In this document: piece after piece, positions 60,824-64,000 of the stretch
Position numbering within the stretch: the stretch's first letter is position 1
Layout: the number at the start of each line of letters is the position of its first letter
Program-made: the position numbers and the translations under genes
NCBI GenBank assembly: GCA_016794425.1
Contig: JAEUHR010000025.1
Location: 155,041-219,040 of the forward strand
Length of the DNA stretch: 64,000 bases
From: Planctomycetota bacterium
GTDB lineage: Bacteria; Planctomycetota; UBA1135; UBA2386
Direction: 5' to 3'
The notes under the pieces: model-generated
What the model was told of the DNA's origin: nothing
The model's database searches: none
The model's input: the letters and a program-made list of their open reading frames with translations, nothing else

Positions 60824-62208
60824 ATGCCCGCCGAGCCCCGCTCCGCCATCGCCGCATTCGCTCGCCGGGCGGCCCTCGGCGCGTTCGTGGCGGCGGCGCT
60901 GCGCACGCTGCTGCTGGTCGCCGCGGTCGCCGCGCTCGTGCTGCTGGCGCTGCGGCTGTGGGGGCATCACGCGCGGCCGCAGCCGCTGTGGGCGCTGGCG
61001 CTGCTGCCGGTGCTCGGCGCGGGCCTGCTCGCCGCGCGGCGCGAACGGCCGACGGCCGCGACCGCGGCGGCGCACCTGGACCGGCGCCTCGGCCTCGACG
61101 GCCTGCTGCTGTGCGCGCACGCCGGGCTCGGCCTCGACGACGCGCAGCGCGCACGGCTGTCGGCGGGGCTCGCGGGGCTGCCGGCAGCGTTGCCGCGGCT
61201 CCGCTGGCGCGCGCTGTTGCCGTGGCCCGCGCTGGCGGTGCTGGTCGCGACCGTCGTCGCGCTGCTGCCGCCGCCACCGGCACCGTCGCTGCCGCGGTCG
61301 CTCGCCGCGGCGCAGCAGGAGGTCGCGCGGCTCGACGAGCGGCTGCGCGAATTGCTGGCGCGCGGCGAGCTGCCCGAGGAGGCGCAGCGCGAGCTGGCGC
61401 AGAAGGTCGCCGAACTGCAGCAGCGGCTGCAGCAGGACGACGTGCCCGAGTGGCGCGAGTTCGACGAACTCGACCGGCGCCTCGACCGCGAGCAGCTGCT
61501 GCAGGCCGCGGCGGCCGAAACGCCGACCGATGCCGGGGCGGCGAACGAGGCCGAGGGCGGCGCCGCGACCACGCCGTCGCCGACGGACGTCGCCGCCGCC
61601 GCGGACGCGCTGGCGCAGGCCGGCCAGCTCGATGCGCTGCCGGAGGCCGTACGCGCGCAACTCGCCGCGGCGCAGCGCGCCGACGGTTCGTTCGCGGCCG
61701 ATCGGCTGCCGCTGGATCCGGCGGCGCTGCAGCAGTTGGCGCAGGCGCTGGCGGAGCTGGCGCAGCAGCCCGGCGTGCTGCAGCAACTGCAGCACCTCGA
61801 CGGCGGTCAGCTGGCCGACCTGCGCGCCGTGCTGGACGCGTTCGCCGGCGGCGCTGCGGGCCAGGGCGAAGACGGTCGCGACGGCGAAGGTGCCGGGCGC
61901 GGTGGTGTCGACCGCGGGCCGGGCCACGCCGCGCTGCAGCTGACCGAGGCTGCCGTCGGCGAAGCGTCGGGCGCGCTGCCGCTGCCGCCGGGCCAGCCGC
62001 TGCCGGGCGAATGGGTGCCGGTCGGCGATCGCCGCGCCGCGCCGGTGACCGCGCCCGAGACGAACCGCAGCGCCGGCGGCCAGGGTGCGGCCGGCAGCGG
62101 CGGCGCCTCGTGGCAACTGGATCTTCGCCCCGGCCACCGCGCCGTGGTGCAGCGCTACTTCGACGCCGGCGCGCGGCCGGCCGACGCCGAGGGACCGAAG
62201 GAGAAACG

Positions 62209-62212
<4 letters not shown>
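60824..62212 (+). CDS. Membrane protein with coiled-coil and acidic low-complexity regions, unknown function (first gene of the MoxR cluster)
   Basis: ATG 60824. Hydrophobic spans LGAFVAAALRTLLLVAAVAALVLLAL, LWALALLPVLGAGLLAA and WPALAVLVATVVALL. Then QQEVARLDERLRELLARGELPEEAQRELAQKVAELQQRLQQ. The stop overlaps the MoxR start (ATGA). Confidence 0.55.
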
Positions 62213-63221
<1,009 letters not shown>

Positions 63222-63225
<4 letters not shown>

Positions 63226-64000
63226 GCCGCGGTGCGCGCGCGTTCGCCGCGCTGCTGGTTGCCGCGGCGCTGCCGGCGCAGGAGCGCACGATCGTGCACG
63301 GCAAGGACGCCGTGGTGGTGCGCGCGACTCCGTACCACGGTTCGCCGGTGTCGGGCGGCTTCGGCTTCCTGGTGGTCGCGGTCGAGAACCGCGAGGCCGC
63401 GCCGCACCGCGTCGTCGTCGACCTCGCGACGCCGCAGTGGGCGCAGCAGAGCAACATCGCGGTGCGCCGCGAACTGGCGCTCGGTCCGAACGAGACCGGC
63501 CGCTGCGTGCTGCCGCTGCCGACGTCGGCGGACCGCAGCCTCGCGCTCGACCTGACCGTCGACGACACGTCCTATCCCGGTTCGATCGGCGGCCGCACCG
63601 ACAGCGTGGTCGCGCTGCTGGTCGGCCGCCCCGAACTCGAACCGTGGGCCGGCACGGTGCTGCAGGCGTGGGTGCGCGCGCCGCGCGCGACGACCGAGGT
63701 AACGGTCGCACCGCCCGACGACCTGCCGCGCGACTGGCGCTGGCTGACCGGCTTCCACGTCGTCGTCGTCGACGGCAAGAGCGCGATCGGCGAGGACGTG
63801 CAGGCGACGCTGTGCGACCTCGCCAGCGCCGGCGGCACCGTCGTCGTCGCCGACGTCGACCGGTTGCCGCCCGGCGCGCTGCGCACGCGCTGCGGCGACC
63901 GGCACCGCGGCGTGGTGCCGCTCGGCATCGGCCGCTGCGTGCTGGCGACGCCGACCGGCGACCAGGGCCACCTGCACGACGCGCTGGCGCAGCTGCCGCA
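63222..64000 (+). CDS. Secreted protein of unknown function, 3' end outside the window (not in the ORF track because no stop is reached)
   Basis: The ATG at 63222 overlaps the MoxR stop (ATGA). My translation reads MSRGARAFAALLVAAALPAQERTIVHGKDAVVVRATPYHGSPVSGGFGFLVVAVENREAAPHRVVVDL... and stays open to position 64000. It has a signal peptide and G/C-rich third codon positions. Confidence 0.6.

Overview
This is a very GC-rich (by eye above 70 percent) chromosomal segment from a diderm bacterium, since BamA and TolC are present. The lineage cannot be determined from the sequence alone. I support about 50 protein genes. Most of the long ORFs in the six-frame track are shadow or antisense ORFs typical of high-GC DNA. 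They give Arg/Ala/Pro-rich nonsense translations and overlap ORFs with clear family signatures, so I discarded them. Many real genes start inside the listed ORFs, and I re-derived those starts from the sequence. Sixteen gene junctions are ATGA or GTGA 4-nt overlaps.

Gene content falls into four groups:
- Housekeeping: accC plus a biotin carrier, ptsI, coaB, ftsK, dnaB, bamA, Nudix, LOG, sthA, elbB, and an RluA-family pseudouridine synthase.
- Export: a four-gene TolC/MacA/MacB-type operon.
- Signalling: a STAS / histidine kinase / CheY / HD cluster, and an ECF sigma/anti-sigma pair.
- Envelope: several large exported proteins of unknown function.

The observations most worth a second look are:
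1. A cobalamin riboswitch (about 5340-5500) drives an uncharacterised secreted protein rather than a known B12 gene.
2. An IS110-family element of IS1111-like layout (about 14513-15950) has 17-bp subterminal inverted repeats and a 290-bp 3' non-coding arm. That arm contains two short segments identical to the two halves of the reconstructed target site, making it a candidate bridge (guide) RNA.
3. Directly after ftsK lies a paralog that keeps the FtsK 4-TM domain and the gamma winged-helix domain but has no motor.
4. A roughly 100-aa C-terminal module recurs on five exported proteins and may be a sorting domain.
5. A 62-codon flagellar rod-type C-terminal remnant sits in frame behind the TAG stop of a giant repeat protein.
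6. A cysQ-like gene is split by a 1-nt frameshift exactly at a GTGA junction.
7. Four helically phased TCCAC(A) boxes lie upstream of dnaB.

I saw no rRNA, tRNA or CRISPR array. No database searches were possible, so all family calls rest on motifs read directly from the translations.
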